Positions 37,945-49,745 of a stretch of 56,529 nt of DNA are shown in pieces. Origin of the DNA: Acidobacteriota bacterium (lineage in GTDB: Bacteria; Acidobacteriota; Terriglobia; Acidiferrales; 2-02-FULL-67-57); contig JACZYA010000003.1 in assembly GCA_022571295.1 (NCBI GenBank), forward strand, positions 1 to 56,529, read 5' to 3'. Each line of letters opens with the position of its first letter. Positions within the stretch are counted from its first letter, which is position 1. The position numbers were made by a program, and so were the translations under genes. The notes beneath the pieces are model-generated. The model ran no database searches. It saw only the letters and a program-made list of their open reading frames with translations, and was not told the origin of the DNA.

Positions 37945-39834
37945 ATGCCGCAGGTAAGAGTTCTTGCCGACAACCTGGTCAATAAAATTGCTGCCGGTGA
38001 AGTGGTTGAGCGGCCCGCTTCGGTTGTCAAAGAGTTGCTGGAGAATTCTCTCGACGCCGGAGCGCGGCGCCTAAGCGTCGAAGTCGAGAGCGGTGGCAAG
38101 CGCCTGATCCGCGTCAGCGACGACGGCTGCGGGATGAACTCCGACGACGCCTTGCTGGCCTTTGAGCGCCACGCCACCTCCAAGTTGCGCGGGCCGGACG
38201 ACCTGCTGGCCATCGCCACGCTGGGGTTCCGCGGCGAGGCTTTGCCCTCCATCGCGTCGGTAGCTCGCGTGGTGCTTGAGACGCGTCCCTCGGAACGGAA
38301 CGTCGGCACTCGGATTGAAATCAACGGCGGGAAAATGATGGCAGTGAAGGAAACCGGCTGCGCCCCCGGTACGCAGATCACGATCCGCTCGCTGTTTTAC
38401 AACGTCCCCGCCCGGCGGAAGTTCTTGCGTACCGACACCACCGAGCTGGGGCACATCGCCTCACTTGTCACCCACTACGCTCTGGCGCATCCAGAGTGCC
38501 ACTTTGTCCTCAAGTCCGGGAGCCATGTCATCTTGGATGCGGCTTCGGTTTCGACGCTGCAAGACCGTGTCTATCAAGTGCTGGGACGTACCGCCCTGGA
38601 TGACTTGATTGACATTGGGCGCGGAACGGCTCCCTTGCCGGTCTTTCGATCCGACACCTGGTTCCAACCGGAAGCGCAAGCGTCCGAGCCGGCGGGAGAA
38701 ATTACGGCGCAAGGGTTTGTTTCGCGGCCACAGGTGCAGAAGGCGTCCTCCAACGGCATCTACATTTTTATCAATCGCCGCTTGGTGCGCGATCGCATTT
38801 TACTGAATGCCATCCGCGAAGCCTATCGTCACGTCCTGCCGCCGCGCGCCTACCCGGTGGTGCTGCTTTTCCTTGAGATTTCCCACCGAGAGGTGGACGT
38901 CAACGTCCATCCGCAAAAAACAGAAGTCCGCTTCCGGCACCAGGGCTTTGTGCACGACTTCGTCCAGCAGGCCATCCGCCAGGCGTTGGTGGCCGCGCGG
39001 CCTGTTGCTCGTTTTGCTGGAGCGGGCGTCGGCTCCGCACAGGAGCAGAGGCGGGCCCCCTCGCCGCCTCCCTCAGTTCCGGAAGCGTTGGCTTTGGAAA
39101 CAGAGGCAGCGCCCGCAGAAGCGTTCGAGCTGGAACCTGCGCGTCTGCCGCCGCGGGCGGAACGCCTGCCATTTGCTGGACCCGCTGTTCAGGTTGCGCC
39201 AAACAGTGCTGCTCCTGCAGCGGCCACCGCGAAAGCTTTGCCGACGGCCATCGAGCTAGCTGACTTGCGGGTGCTGGGGCAGCTCAACAACAGCTTCATC
39301 ATTGCGGCGAACGAATCCGGCCTGTGGCTCATCGATCAACACGTCGCCCACGAGCGCGTCCTGTTCGAAGGACATCTGCGCGCCCGGCGCACCGGCAGGG
39401 TGGAAGGGCAGCGGCTGCTGACGCCGGTGCTGGTCGAACTGACACCGGGCCAACAGGTGCTCTGGGAACGAATCCGGCAAGAGCTGGAGGAAAATGGTTT
39501 TGAGTTGGACAGCTTTGGACCGCGCACGGTGGCGGTGAAGGTAGCCCCGGCAGGCATCGCCGCCGGCGCCATCGAGAAGTTGCTGCGGGAAATCTTTGAC
39601 AACGTCGAGAAGGAAACCCGGCAGGTTTCCTTGCAAGCCTTGCAACAGCAAATCGCGGCCAGCGTTGCTTGCCACGCCGCCATCAAGGTCAACATGCCGC
39701 TGGGAGAAAAGAAAATGCTATGGTTGCTGGCCGAACTGGCACAAGCAGAAAACCCAGCCACTTGCCCGCACGGCCGTCCGATTGTTTTGCACTACGGCAT
39801 GAGAGACATCCTGCGGGCGTTCAAGCGGATTTGA
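37945..39834 (+). CDS. mutL: DNA mismatch repair endonuclease MutL
   Basis: IAAGEVVERPASVVKELLENSLDAG, GFRGEAL, DQHVAHER, ACH, CPHGRP. Start ATG 37945. Confidence 0.97.
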   Translation: MPQVRVLADNLVNKIAAGEVVERPASVVKELLENSLDAGARRLSVEVESGGKRLIRVSDDGCGMNSDDALLAFERHATSKLRGPDDLLAIATLGFRGEALPSIASVARVVLETRPSERNVGTRIEINGGKMMAVKETGCAPGTQITIRSLFYNVPARRKFLRTDTTELGHIASLVTHYALAHPECHFVLKSGSHVILDAASVSTLQDRVYQVLGRTALDDLIDIGRGTAPLPVFRSDTWFQPEAQASEPAGEITAQGFVSRPQVQKASSNGIYIFINRRLVRDRILLNAIREAYRHVLPPRAYPVVLLFLEISHREVDVNVHPQKTEVRFRHQGFVHDFVQQAIRQALVAARPVARFAGAGVGSAQEQRRAPSPPPSVPEALALETEAAPAEAFELEPARLPPRAERLPFAGPAVQVAPNSAAPAAATAKALPTAIELADLRVLGQLNNSFIIAANESGLWLIDQHVAHERVLFEGHLRARRTGRVEGQRLLTPVLVELTPGQQVLWERIRQELEENGFELDSFGPRTVAVKVAPAGIAAGAIEKLLREIFDNVEKETRQVSLQALQQQIAASVACHAAIKVNMPLGEKKMLWLLAELAQAENPATCPHGRPIVLHYGMRDILRAFKRI

Positions 39835-39842
39835 GGGTAGGC

Positions 39843-40544
39843 GTGGGCGCAAAAAGAATTGTGATTGCCATCGACGGGCCGTCCGGCAGCGGGAAGAGCA
39901 CGGTGGCGCGCGCGGTGGCGGATGGGCTGGGCTACCTCTACATCGATAGCGGCGCGATGTATCGGGTGGTGGCGCTGCGCGTGCAGGAGGAAGGAATCGC
40001 CCCGGAAGAGGGCGCGCGGGTGGCGGAATGTGCTGCCAGGCTTACTATCAAACTGGAGAAAAGGGCTCAGAGTATCCGGGTACTGGTGGGCGACCGCGAC
40101 GTGACCGACGCCATTCGTCAACCACAAGTGGCGCAAGCGGCGTCGGTGGTGGCGGCCATTCCAGCCGTGCGCGCGCTGCTGGTGGCGCAGCAGCAACAGA
40201 TGGGCGCCGGCGGCGGCATTGTGATGGAGGGACGCGACATTGGTTCTGTGGTTTTCCCCCGCGCCGAACTGAAAATCTTTCTCGACGCTTCTTCTGAAGA
40301 ACGAGCGCGACGGCGCCACCAAGAACAGGCAGAGCAGGGAATTGAAAGCTCGTTGGAAAAAACGCAAGCGGAAATCCGCCAGCGCGATCAGCGCGACCGA
40401 GAGCGCCAAGTCTCACCTTTGGTACAGGCGCCGGACGCCGTCTATCTCGATGCCACTTCTTTGTCCGCCGGTGAAGTGGCGGACGTGATCGTGTGCCTGG
40501 CGCAGAAGCGAGAACAAGCAGCCGAATCTGCGCTACCCGCCTAG
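39843..40544 (+). CDS. cmk: Cytidylate kinase
   Basis: IAIDGPSGSGKST, DSGAMYR, MEGRDIG, RDQRD. Start GTG 39843. Confidence 0.95.
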   Translation: MGAKRIVIAIDGPSGSGKSTVARAVADGLGYLYIDSGAMYRVVALRVQEEGIAPEEGARVAECAARLTIKLEKRAQSIRVLVGDRDVTDAIRQPQVAQAASVVAAIPAVRALLVAQQQQMGAGGGIVMEGRDIGSVVFPRAELKIFLDASSEERARRRHQEQAEQGIESSLEKTQAEIRQRDQRDRERQVSPLVQAPDAVYLDATSLSAGEVADVIVCLAQKREQAAESALPA

Positions 40545-40637
40545 TTGGGCACGTCCTGTGCCAGGGAAACAAGGGAAGAAGCCTTCCGTCAAAATGGGTC
40601 GAGGGTTGGGTAGGTGGCAGCGCAGGGAGAACTAATT

Positions 40638-41891
40638 TTAACTGCTCGACATGGAGGCAAGAAAGTCCTGGTTGGACTTGGTCTTCGAGAGCTTGTCGAT
40701 AATCAGCTCCATCGCTTCCACGGGCGAGAGCGGGTTGAGCACCTTGCGCAGGATCCACACCCGGGTCAGCTCGTCCTTGGGCATGAGCAGCTCTTCCTTA
40801 CGGGTGCCCGAGCGGTTGATGTCGATGGCCGGGAAGACGCGCTTGTCCACTAGGCGGCGGTCGAGGTGGATTTCCATGTTGCCGGTGCCTTTGAACTCTT
40901 CGAAGATCACATCGTCCATGCGCGAGCCGGTATCAATGAGCGCGGTAGCAATGATGGTCAGGCTGCCGCCTTCCTCCACGTTGCGGGCCGCGCCGAAGAA
41001 GCGTTTGGGGCGTTGCAAGGCAGTGGATTCCAAACCGCCGGAGAGCACCTTGCCTGAAGGCGGCACCACCTGGTTGTAGGCGCGCGCCAGGCGGGTGATG
41101 GAGTCGAGCAGGATGACCACATCGCGCTTGTGCTCGACCAGCCGTTTGGCTTTTTCGATCACCATCTCGGCCACTTGCACGTGGCGCTGCGGCGGTTCGT
41201 CAAAGGTGGAACTGATGACTTCCGCCGCGGCGACGTTGCGCTGCATGTCGGTGACTTCTTCCGGGCGCTCGTCGATTAACAGGATGATGGTGATGACCTC
41301 CGGATGGTTGACCGAAATCGAGTTGGCGATGGTTTGCAGCATCATGGTCTTGCCGGTGCGCGGGGGCGAGACAATCAGGCCGCGTTGCCCTCGGCCGAGC
41401 GGAGTGAGCAGGTCGAGCGCGCGGCCGGTGATGTCGTCCTGTTGGGTCTCCAGCTTGAGCCGCTCCTCGGGGTAGAGCGGGGTGAGGTTATCAAAGAAGA
41501 CTTTTGTCCGCGCCACGTCGGGGTCTTCAAAATTGACCGCCTCTACTTTGATGAGCGCGAAGTAACGCTCCCCATCTTTCGGGGGCCGCACCTGGCCGCT
41601 GACGGTGTCGCCGGTGCGCAAGTCAAACTTGCGAATCTGGGAGGGGGAAACGTAGATGTCGTCGGGGCCGGGTAGGTAGTTGTAGTCCGGGGCCCGCAAG
41701 AAGCCGAAACCATCCGGCAGGCACTCCAGCACCCCTTCCGAAAAAATCAAACCTTCTTTTTCGGCTTGCGCGCGCAAGATTTGGAAAATCAGATCCTGCT
41801 TGCGCATACCGCTGGCGCCGGGGATGTCGTGGTCCCGGGCGATTTTGGTAAGGTCGGTGATGTTTTTCTGTTTCAGTTCAGCAATGTTCAT
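40638..41891 (-). CDS. rho: Transcription termination factor Rho
   Basis: [57 protein letters not shown]. Confidence 0.98.
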   Translation of the reverse strand: MNIAELKQKNITDLTKIARDHDIPGASGMRKQDLIFQILRAQAEKEGLIFSEGVLECLPDGFGFLRAPDYNYLPGPDDIYVSPSQIRKFDLRTGDTVSGQVRPPKDGERYFALIKVEAVNFEDPDVARTKVFFDNLTPLYPEERLKLETQQDDITGRALDLLTPLGRGQRGLIVSPPRTGKTMMLQTIANSISVNHPEVITIILLIDERPEEVTDMQRNVAAAEVISSTFDEPPQRHVQVAEMVIEKAKRLVEHKRDVVILLDSITRLARAYNQVVPPSGKVLSGGLESTALQRPKRFFGAARNVEEGGSLTIIATALIDTGSRMDDVIFEEFKGTGNMEIHLDRRLVDKRVFPAIDINRSGTRKEELLMPKDELTRVWILRKVLNPLSPVEAMELIIDKLSKTKSNQDFLASMSSS

Positions 41892-42177
41892 GGTAGTCCT
41901 TCCCTGTTGTGGTGGGGTTTGCTTTTTGACAATTTTGGTTGGCATCGTGTGTAAACTCGTTTCCGGCTTGGAGCCGGGCTGGTTCTTTTCGGGATTCGTG
42001 TGCTTCTACTGGTAGGTTTTGGTCCCGGCCTGTCGTCCGGGTGGAATCAGGGAAGGCCTGCGCAAGGACCTCAGTCGTTCCCTTCGTATTTCGCGGTTTC
42101 CACTCCTTTTCTACGTAGTTTTCCGGCGGCTTCATCCGCCGGGTGCTGGTGTTGGAACCAGATAGCTTCGCTCAAAC

Positions 42178-44610
42178 TCAGTTGGTCACCGTATCCTGGT
42201 CGGTCTCGCCCCCGATCTTGTATTGCGGCCGTACGGCATCCTGGTCGCTGTCGATGTGAGCAGGCAAGCTTTCGATCGGTCTCTCCAAGGCATGTTGCAG
42301 CACTTCGTCCATGGTTTGCACGAACTTGAGACTCAGGGTCTGCTTGACGTAGTCGGGAAGTTCTTCCAGGTCTTTTTCGTTGTCCTGCGGCAGCACCACG
42401 GTCTTGATACCATGCCGGTGGGCCGCCAATAACTTTTCCTTGAGCCCGCCGATGGGCAGAACCTTGCCCCGCAAGGTGATTTCGCCGGTCATGGCTACGT
42501 CGGCGCGTACTGGAATCTTGGTCAGGGCACTGACAATGGCCGTGGCCAGCGTGATGCCGGCTGAGGGGCCGTCTTTGGGAATGGCGCCTTCGGGCATGTG
42601 GATGTGCACGTCAATGTGGCGGTAGAAGTCGCGCGGCAGCCCGAACTTGGCCGCCCGCGAGCGCACGTAGCTCAAGGCGGCCTGCGCCGATTCCTGCATG
42701 ACCTCGCCCAGCTTGCCGGTCAAGGTCAGCTTGCCCTTGCCCTGCATGAGGGTGGCTTCCGAGCCCAGCAACTGTCCGCCCACTTCGGTCCAGGCCAATC
42801 CTTGCGCCAAGCCGGTTTCGTTTTTCTTTTCCCTGGTGGTGTCGCGGAATCTGATTATTCCTAGAAACTCTTTGGTGTTGTCGAGGGCGATTCCAACGCT
42901 ATAGGATTTGCCCTTCTCCACTACGCGGCGGGCTACCTTCCGGCAGGCTTTGGAGATTTCGCGCTCCAGGTTCCGGACTCCGGCTTCGCGGGTGTAGCTC
43001 TCGATGATGTGCTGGATGCTGTCGTCGGTGAAAGTCAGGTTCTGCTCTTTCAGGCCGGTGGCCTTGAGTTGTTTTTTCACCAGATAGCGCTTGGCAATTT
43101 CTACTTTCTCGTGGTCGGTGTAGCCGGAAAGGCGCAGGACCTCCATGCGGTCCTGCAAAGCCTGCGGGATGGTGTGCAGCACGTTGGCGGTGCAGATGAA
43201 CATCACCTTGGAAAGGTCGTATTCCACGTCCAGGTAGTGGTCGGTGAAAGAGTGGTTGATTTCGGGATCCAGCACTTCCATCAGCGCGGCGCTGGGATCG
43301 CCGCGGAAGTCCATGGACATCTTGTCAACTTCGTCCAGCATAAACACCGGGTTGATGGTGCCGGCCTTGCGCATCATTTGGATGATCTGCCCGGGCAGGG
43401 CACCGATGTAGGTGCGGCGATGGCCGCGGATTTCCGCCTCATCCCGCACGCCGCCAAGTGAGAGGCGCACGAACTTGCGCCCGGTAGCGTGGGCGATTGA
43501 CCGCCCCAGGGAGGTCTTCCCGACTCCCGGAGGCCCTACAAAACACAGAATGGAACCCTTGGGATTCTTGACCAAGTGGCGCACCGCCAGGAATTCCAGG
43601 ATGCGTTCTTTGATTTTTTCCAGCCCGTAATGATCGTCTTCCAGAATGCGCTGCGCTTTGCGGGTGTCGCGGATTTCGCGGCTGCGCTTTTTCCACGGCA
43701 CCGCCAGCAACCAGTCGATGTAGCTGCGGCTGACGGTGGATTCGGCCGACATGGGCGGCATCATTTCCAGCCGTTTCAACTCCTGCAGGGCTTTTTCCTG
43801 TACGGTCTTGGACATGCCGCAGGTTTCGATCTTTTTCTGCAACTCGTCCAGTTCGCTCTTTTCGCCCCGGCCCAGCTCCTTCTGGATGGCCTTCATTTTT
43901 TCATTCAGATAAAATTCCTTTTGAGCCTTCTCCATCTGCCGTTTGACCTGCGACTGGATGCTACGATCCATGTTGAGCTTTTCCATCTCGAACTCGAGCA
44001 GGTCGCCCAGCCGTTTCAGGCGCTCAAGCGGATCGAACAGCTCCAGCAACTCCTGTTTTTCCTCGATGGAAAGTTGCAGGTTGGCGGCAATGGTATCAGC
44101 GAGCCGGGACGCATCGTCGCCGCGCACGGTGTTGATCATGGTGTCGTAGTTGAGACTCTGGCTCATTTTTGCGTACTGCTCAAAGAGCTGGGTCACGCGT
44201 TGCACCGCGGCGTCCAGCTGCGGCGAAGGTGTCGCTTCCACTTTCATCAACTGCACAGTGGCACGGAAGTATCCTTCTTTCCGAGTCAGTCGCAGAATTT
44301 TCCCTCGCTCGGCTCCTTCAACCAGGACGCGGATGTTGCCGTCCGGCAGCTTGACGCTCTGCACGATGTTGGCCACGGTGCCGACCGGGTGGATTTGGTC
44401 GGGCCCGGGATCGTCCACCGAGGCGTCGTGCTGCGTGCCGAGGAAGATTTTCTTATCTGCTGCCAGTGCTGCTTCCAGGGCATGCACGGAACTATCGCGC
44501 CCGACGATGAACGGGGTCATCATGTGGGGGAAGATGACGATGTCCCGAATCGGCATCATGGGGAACTGCCGCGTCTCGCCTTGTTCCTTGTTTTTGTCCC
44601 GTTGGAACAT
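42178..44610 (-). CDS. lon: Lon protease
   Basis: [30 protein letters not shown]. Confidence 0.98.
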   Translation of the reverse strand: MFQRDKNKEQGETRQFPMMPIRDIVIFPHMMTPFIVGRDSSVHALEAALAADKKIFLGTQHDASVDDPGPDQIHPVGTVANIVQSVKLPDGNIRVLVEGAERGKILRLTRKEGYFRATVQLMKVEATPSPQLDAAVQRVTQLFEQYAKMSQSLNYDTMINTVRGDDASRLADTIAANLQLSIEEKQELLELFDPLERLKRLGDLLEFEMEKLNMDRSIQSQVKRQMEKAQKEFYLNEKMKAIQKELGRGEKSELDELQKKIETCGMSKTVQEKALQELKRLEMMPPMSAESTVSRSYIDWLLAVPWKKRSREIRDTRKAQRILEDDHYGLEKIKERILEFLAVRHLVKNPKGSILCFVGPPGVGKTSLGRSIAHATGRKFVRLSLGGVRDEAEIRGHRRTYIGALPGQIIQMMRKAGTINPVFMLDEVDKMSMDFRGDPSAALMEVLDPEINHSFTDHYLDVEYDLSKVMFICTANVLHTIPQALQDRMEVLRLSGYTDHEKVEIAKRYLVKKQLKATGLKEQNLTFTDDSIQHIIESYTREAGVRNLEREISKACRKVARRVVEKGKSYSVGIALDNTKEFLGIIRFRDTTREKKNETGLAQGLAWTEVGGQLLGSEATLMQGKGKLTLTGKLGEVMQESAQAALSYVRSRAAKFGLPRDFYRHIDVHIHMPEGAIPKDGPSAGITLATAIVSALTKIPVRADVAMTGEITLRGKVLPIGGLKEKLLAAHRHGIKTVVLPQDNEKDLEELPDYVKQTLSLKFVQTMDEVLQHALERPIESLPAHIDSDQDAVRPQYKIGGETDQDTVTN

Positions 44611-44626
44611 GAAGTCTCCTAGGCGT

Positions 44627-45895
44627 TCAGCCCGCTTTCTCCAGCCAATCTATGCCGATTTCGGTTTGCTCCACCATTTCTTTCGTTACCACAAACTCGC
44701 GTTCTTTGCGACCTTCGCGTCGCTTGCGTTGCGACGGGATGTGATACATCAATTCTAGCATCAAATCTTCGAGGATCATACGCAGGCCGCGCGCTCCCAT
44801 TTTCCGTTCTTGCGCGAGTTCGGCCACGCGCTTCAGCGCCGGCAGATCAAAGCTCAACCGTACATTCTCGTACTCGAACAGCCGTTGGTACTGCTTCACC
44901 AGGGCGTTTTTGGGTTCGGTCAGGATGCGCACCAGAGCGCTGGTGTCCAGGTCGCTCAGCACGCCGACGGTGGGCAGCCGTCCCACAAACTCCGGGATCA
45001 TGCCGTACTTGATCAAGTCGATCGGCTGTATCTGCTCCAGGATGGCGATATTGCGCCGGCGCGGACTGCTGGGTGGTGGCTGGGTGATGAAGCCCATGCT
45101 TTTGTGGCCGATGCGCCGCTCGATGACCTTTTCCAACCCCACGAAAGCCCCGCCAACAATGAAGAGTATGTCGGTGGTGTCCACAGCGGTGAATTCCTGG
45201 TGTGGGTGTTTGCGCCCACCCTGGGGAGGAACATTCGCCACGGTTCCTTCCAGAATCTTCAACAGGGCCTGCTGCACGCCCTCGCCGGACACGTCTCGGG
45301 TGATGGAGAGGTTTTCGTCGCGGCGGGCGATTTTATCGATTTCGTCGATGTAAATGATTCCATGCTGGGCGCGCGCGACGTCACCTGAGGCGGCTTGCAG
45401 CAGCTTCAGGATGATGTTCTCCACATCTTCACCCACGTAGCCAGCTTCGGTCAGGCTGGTGGCGTCGGCGATGGCGAAGGGAACGTCTAGCATGCGAGCC
45501 AGCGTCTGCGCCATCAGGGTTTTGCCCGTGCCGGTGGGCCCGATCAAGAGAACGTTGCTCTTGGTCAGCTCGACGTCGTCAAACTTTTTCTGTAGGTGGA
45601 TGCGCTTGTAGTGGTTGTAAACGGCGACCGCCAGTTTCTTCTTGGTTTTGTCCTGCCCGACGACGTAGTTGTCCAGGAAGGACTTGGTTTCCGCCGGCTT
45701 GGGCAGCCGGGCGGGGAGGGCTTCAGCGGCTTGCTCCTCCTTTTCTCCTTCCAGGATGCTCTGGCAGGTGCTGACGCACTCGTTGCAAATATAGGAGCCG
45801 GGCGCGTCTCCCGGAGCGGCGATCAGGCGCTCCACGGCTGCTTGGTTTTTGTTGCAGAACGAGCAGCGCAGCATTTCCTCACTCCACCGGCGCAC
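44627..45895 (-). CDS. clpX: ATP-dependent Clp protease ATP-binding subunit
   Basis: CSFC/CNEC zinc finger, [16 protein letters not shown] loop, MGF loop. GGAGG RBS before GTG 45895. Confidence 0.97.
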   Translation of the reverse strand: MRRWSEEMLRCSFCNKNQAAVERLIAAPGDAPGSYICNECVSTCQSILEGEKEEQAAEALPARLPKPAETKSFLDNYVVGQDKTKKKLAVAVYNHYKRIHLQKKFDDVELTKSNVLLIGPTGTGKTLMAQTLARMLDVPFAIADATSLTEAGYVGEDVENIILKLLQAASGDVARAQHGIIYIDEIDKIARRDENLSITRDVSGEGVQQALLKILEGTVANVPPQGGRKHPHQEFTAVDTTDILFIVGGAFVGLEKVIERRIGHKSMGFITQPPPSSPRRRNIAILEQIQPIDLIKYGMIPEFVGRLPTVGVLSDLDTSALVRILTEPKNALVKQYQRLFEYENVRLSFDLPALKRVAELAQERKMGARGLRMILEDLMLELMYHIPSQRKRREGRKEREFVVTKEMVEQTEIGIDWLEKAG

Positions 45896-45950
45896 GGCAA
45901 CCTCCCAAATACCATCGGCCAATCGCAGTCATGGCTAGAGACTCGTGCCC

Positions 45951-46577
45951 TCAGCGACGTTTCTCGTGGATGATTTCATCCACGATCCCGTAGGCTTTCC
46001 CTTCCTCTGCATCCATAATGAAGTCGCGGTTCACGTCTTTCGAGATCCGTTCTATGGGCTGGCCGGTGTGCTTGGCCAGCAACTTGTTGATCACTGCGCG
46101 CAGGCGCAGGATCTCCCGCGCGTGGATGTCGATGTCGGTGGCCTGCCCCGACAGGCCGGAGATGCTGGGTTCATGCAAGAGGATGCGGGAGTTGGGCAGG
46201 GCATAGCGTTTCCCGGGAGCGCCTGCCGCCAGCAGCAACGCACCCATGGAGGCGGCCTGCCCGATGCAGTAGGTGGCTACCTGCGGACGGACGAACTGGA
46301 TGGTGTCGTAGACAGCCATGCCGGCGGTGATGGACCCGCCCGGGGAGTTGATGTAGAGCGCAATGTCTTTCTCCGGGTCTTCGGCATCGAGGAAGAGCAT
46401 CTGTGCCGTGATCAGGTTGGCAATCTGGTCGTCAATCGGTGAGCCGATGAAGATGATGTTGTCGCGCAGCAGGCGGGAGTAGATGTCATAAGCACGCTCG
46501 CCCCGGCTGGTCTGCTCGACCACCATCGGAACCAAGGTGCTAAAATTGTGCGGTACGTTAGGGTGTTGGAGAGACAT
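45951..46577 (-). CDS. clpP: Clp protease proteolytic subunit
   Basis: [31 protein letters not shown]. Confidence 0.97.
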   Translation of the reverse strand: MSLQHPNVPHNFSTLVPMVVEQTSRGERAYDIYSRLLRDNIIFIGSPIDDQIANLITAQMLFLDAEDPEKDIALYINSPGGSITAGMAVYDTIQFVRPQVATYCIGQAASMGALLLAAGAPGKRYALPNSRILLHEPSISGLSGQATDIDIHAREILRLRAVINKLLAKHTGQPIERISKDVNRDFIMDAEEGKAYGIVDEIIHEKRR

Positions 46578-46597
46578 GGTTAGATATCTTTAGGAAC

Positions 46598-47884
46598 TTA
46601 GCCCCGGCCCGGCGCTGCGATCCGGGCTTGCGAGTGGAGGAACTCGATAACCTTCTCGCTACGGATGGCACTTTCTATCCTATCCAGCCCCTGCTCCTTT
46701 GTCAAGCGGGCCCGGACGGCCTCCGGGGTTTGGTTTGAGCTTTGTGCCAGGCGCTCGATCTCGCTGGCAACCTCTTCTTCGGTGGACTGGAGGTTTTCCA
46801 CTTTCGCAATGCGCTCCAGCAGCAGGCCCAACTTCAGGTCGCGAATGGCCCCTTCGCGTTGATCGCGGCGTACTTTGGCCCAGTCCACCTGTACTTGTTG
46901 GGGGTCAATTCCCTGGGCCACCAGGGCACGCACACGGCGCTCCAGCCTCATATCTATTTGATGCTGGACCAGGGCTTCCGGTAGAGGGAATTCATGCCGG
47001 CTCAGCAGCTCATCCAGCAACCGCTGCTGGGTCAGTTCTTTCTCCTGACGGGCGGCGGCTTGCTGCATGTCCTGCCGCAGCTTCTGGGTCAGCTCCTGCA
47101 CTGTCTTGTAGTTTCCGACCTGCTGGGCAAACTCGTCGTCCAGCGCCGGTAACTGTTTCCGCCGCACCGCCTTCACCCGGGCGGTAAAAGCAACCGTCTG
47201 ACCTGCCAACCGGGCGTCGGGGTAGCCGTCGGGATAGGGGGCGTTGAATTGGCGTTCCTCTTCTGCGCGCACACCTTGCAGCCCCTGGCTAAAAGCCTCC
47301 ATCGTCCCTTCTTCGCCGAGGTGCACTTCTACTTCGTCCAGCACCAGCGGCTCGCGCTTTTCTTTTGCGTTGGTGACCACACCCACCAGTGACGCCACCA
47401 CCGTGTCGCCGTCTTCCGCCGGACGGTCTTCCACCGGCATGTAGGTGGCAGCTTGCTCGCGCAGCCGCTCCAACTCCTGCTCCACGTCCTGGTCGGTGAC
47501 TTCGACTTTCGCCGCCTCTACCGACAGGCCTTTGAACTCGCCCAGGGTAAACTCCGGCAGTACCTCGAAGCTGGCCTTGAAGCGCAGCGGCTTTGCCGGC
47601 TCAAACTGGAGCTCGGCAATCGACGGGTTGCCGACCGGATTGAGGTTGCCCTCTCGGAAGGCGTTTTGCAGCGAAGAGGGAATCAAAGAGTGCAGCACCT
47701 CGCTCTTGATATCGTCCCAGAAACGGCGCCGCACCAGCTCCGCCGGCGCTTTGCCCGGACGAAAGCCGGGGATGCGCGCCAGTCGGGTGAACTCGCGCGT
47801 AACCCGCTGCGTCTCTTTCTCCACCACCTCGGCGGGAATCTCAATTTCCAGTTCGCGCTGGCAAGTGTTTGTGTCCGGGGTCAT
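46598..47884 (-). CDS. tig: Trigger factor
   Basis: IPGFRPGKAP signature; FKBP-like middle domain; upstream of clpP. Confidence 0.96.
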   Translation of the reverse strand: MTPDTNTCQRELEIEIPAEVVEKETQRVTREFTRLARIPGFRPGKAPAELVRRRFWDDIKSEVLHSLIPSSLQNAFREGNLNPVGNPSIAELQFEPAKPLRFKASFEVLPEFTLGEFKGLSVEAAKVEVTDQDVEQELERLREQAATYMPVEDRPAEDGDTVVASLVGVVTNAKEKREPLVLDEVEVHLGEEGTMEAFSQGLQGVRAEEERQFNAPYPDGYPDARLAGQTVAFTARVKAVRRKQLPALDDEFAQQVGNYKTVQELTQKLRQDMQQAAARQEKELTQQRLLDELLSRHEFPLPEALVQHQIDMRLERRVRALVAQGIDPQQVQVDWAKVRRDQREGAIRDLKLGLLLERIAKVENLQSTEEEVASEIERLAQSSNQTPEAVRARLTKEQGLDRIESAIRSEKVIEFLHSQARIAAPGRG

Positions 47885-48540
47885 GGTCGAATGGGGGAAT
47901 CACTCTGAGTTTTCAGCCTAACAGACCGAAAGCTGTATTGCAATGCCGGCTCCTGTCTGTCGTTTTCCGCCTGCTGATCCGGGAGCCGCAAGCAGGCGCG
48001 CGCCACCCAGTTTTGGGGCTCCCGAAAAGATAGAGCAAGACGCTTTCCATTGATCGCGCCTGGCAGTCCTGGCGGGGAGAAATCTGCCGGTTTTTGGCCC
48101 GGCTGAGTTCTGGGCTGGCAGGGTGAGGAACCGCGGGGCGTACATTGGACGGCTCATCCACTCCCGCCGGTATGGAGGTAAAGGAGTTCGGAGCCGATAG
48201 AAAGAAACAGACACGGGTACGGGGTGTGCTTTTGAGACTCGGCTCTGCTGTTCGCACAGGAGCTGCCCTACCCCTCGGGTGCTTTCCCGTGCCGGCAAGT
48301 GAGCCGGGAGGCTCAGCTGGCCCGGCCCTGATTTGTGCAAAGGGCAAGGTTTTGCGACATGCAGCGCAAACGGCTGCACAGAAAGGGAGTTGCGGACGCA
48401 GCCAGCTTAGTGCTAGCTGCACAGGGTGAGAGGATTTTAATCTTACGCTAATTGAGAATTCAGGAACGCAAGCTACAAAGGGTAGTCAAGATGAGCGAGA
48501 CACGCACAGTCAGCAGGGCGAACACGACGGGGGTGAACCC

Positions 48541-48828
48541 ATGACCCGAGCCTGTACGTGTGGCGCAATCCTGGGCGAAAAATGCCGCCGGTGTGGCGCT
48601 CGGGCGGTTCCGGTGGGAAATCCTCCCGATGGGATCGGTCAGTTGTTTCGTTGCTCGGGAGAGTGCTTGTACTACTTCCGCGCGGGCGACGGCGGAGTGA
48701 CCCGCGGCCTGTGCCCGCCCTGCCTGGAGCACGAGGAAGCCGCCTTGATCACAATGGTGAGCAGGAGAGGTTTGCCGACAGGGCACGCGGCAGAATCGCT
48801 TTCCCTGGCTACTGCGAACTTTACCTAG
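48541..48828 (+). CDS. Small Cys-rich putative zinc-binding protein
   Basis: CTC, CRRC, CSGEC, GLCPPC within 61 residues; GGGGTG RBS-like sequence upstream. Confidence 0.55.
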   Translation: MTRACTCGAILGEKCRRCGARAVPVGNPPDGIGQLFRCSGECLYYFRAGDGGVTRGLCPPCLEHEEAALITMVSRRGLPTGHAAESLSLATANFT

Positions 48829-48984
48829 AAGAATCCTTTCTTTCTCCTCTGCTAGTTCTCCTGAAAATATTCCAGTGAGCCAGCGTGTCGCAGCGCGGTT
48901 CTGGTCGCTACCCCACCCGTCTCCCGGGAAGGCGTAGAATCCACCCTGATCCCATTCGGTCCATCACGCAGACTCGAGGGTGTA

Positions 48985-49539
48985 CTACTTTTTCGCGCTT
49001 GCTTTTGGTGCCGGGGAACGAATGCGGAAGGTAGGAGTCGAAGTCCAGTGCATTTTCTTGCCGTAGTGTTGCCTGATTTGCTCTAGGTCAAGCTTGAGGA
49101 ATTCGCTCGCGTCTCCGATGTCTTTGGTTCGCCAGTAGGACACGTGGACTTTGAACTTCGACGGTTGGGCAAAGCTCACGCGGAAGACAACCGAGTCGCC
49201 CGGCTCCAAGGCGGCGGCGCGGAAACGGGCGCGGCCGTGGGTGGAATACACCCATCGGTCAGCGCGAAAAAAGAACTTCCGGCGGCGACGCTCGTAGATG
49301 GGCAGGCCGGGCAGCCGGCGTTTCTGCGCGGTGCGGGCGCCGCGTCGGCGGACTTCGGTGAGGAAGTAAATGGGCGTATCGCCCCGATTGACAAGGCGCA
49401 CTTGGATGGGCTGATCAAGTGCATAGGCGCGGCTGTTTTCAACCAGCTCCAGACGAGCCGGGCCGCGCGTGAAAGGCCAAGCGACAGCGGCCACCAGCAA
49501 GACCGCCGAGAAGCAGACGTTGGCAACCCGAGGGCGCAC
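48985..49539 (-). CDS. Hypothetical exported basic protein
   Basis: 184 aa; hydrophobic N-terminal segment; beta-strand pattern (IQVRLVNRG, LEPGDSVVFRV, FKVHVSYW). Confidence 0.6.
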   Translation of the reverse strand: MRPRVANVCFSAVLLVAAVAWPFTRGPARLELVENSRAYALDQPIQVRLVNRGDTPIYFLTEVRRRGARTAQKRRLPGLPIYERRRRKFFFRADRWVYSTHGRARFRAAALEPGDSVVFRVSFAQPSKFKVHVSYWRTKDIGDASEFLKLDLEQIRQHYGKKMHWTSTPTFRIRSPAPKASAKK

Positions 49540-49714
49540 GGGGGCATTCTAGCATCGCGCCTGCGGGCTGTGCACAAGAAAGAAGAGTAGGTGCGCAGTA
49601 GGCGGGAAACCGAATGTACAAGAGGCTGGTTGAGGACTCGAAGTTAGCAAAGCGGTCGTAGCGACAACTCTTGCGAACCTGCTCAAGCGCCTGCCGAACC
49701 TGCCCTAGTTGGCA

Positions 49715-49720
49715 TATAAT
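49715..49720 (+). promoter_or_regulatory. -10 box of the tRNA-Leu promoter
   Basis: Perfect TATAAT 25 nt upstream of the tRNA; weak -35. Confidence 0.55.
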
Positions 49721-49745
49721 CAAAAGCCCCGGCCTAGGGTTCGTG

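Noticed and set aside
48340-48490. Fragments resembling a c-di-GMP-I riboswitch (GCAAAC, ACGCAAGCTAC)
   Set aside because: The fragments are not in the required order or spacing and the stems cannot be built.
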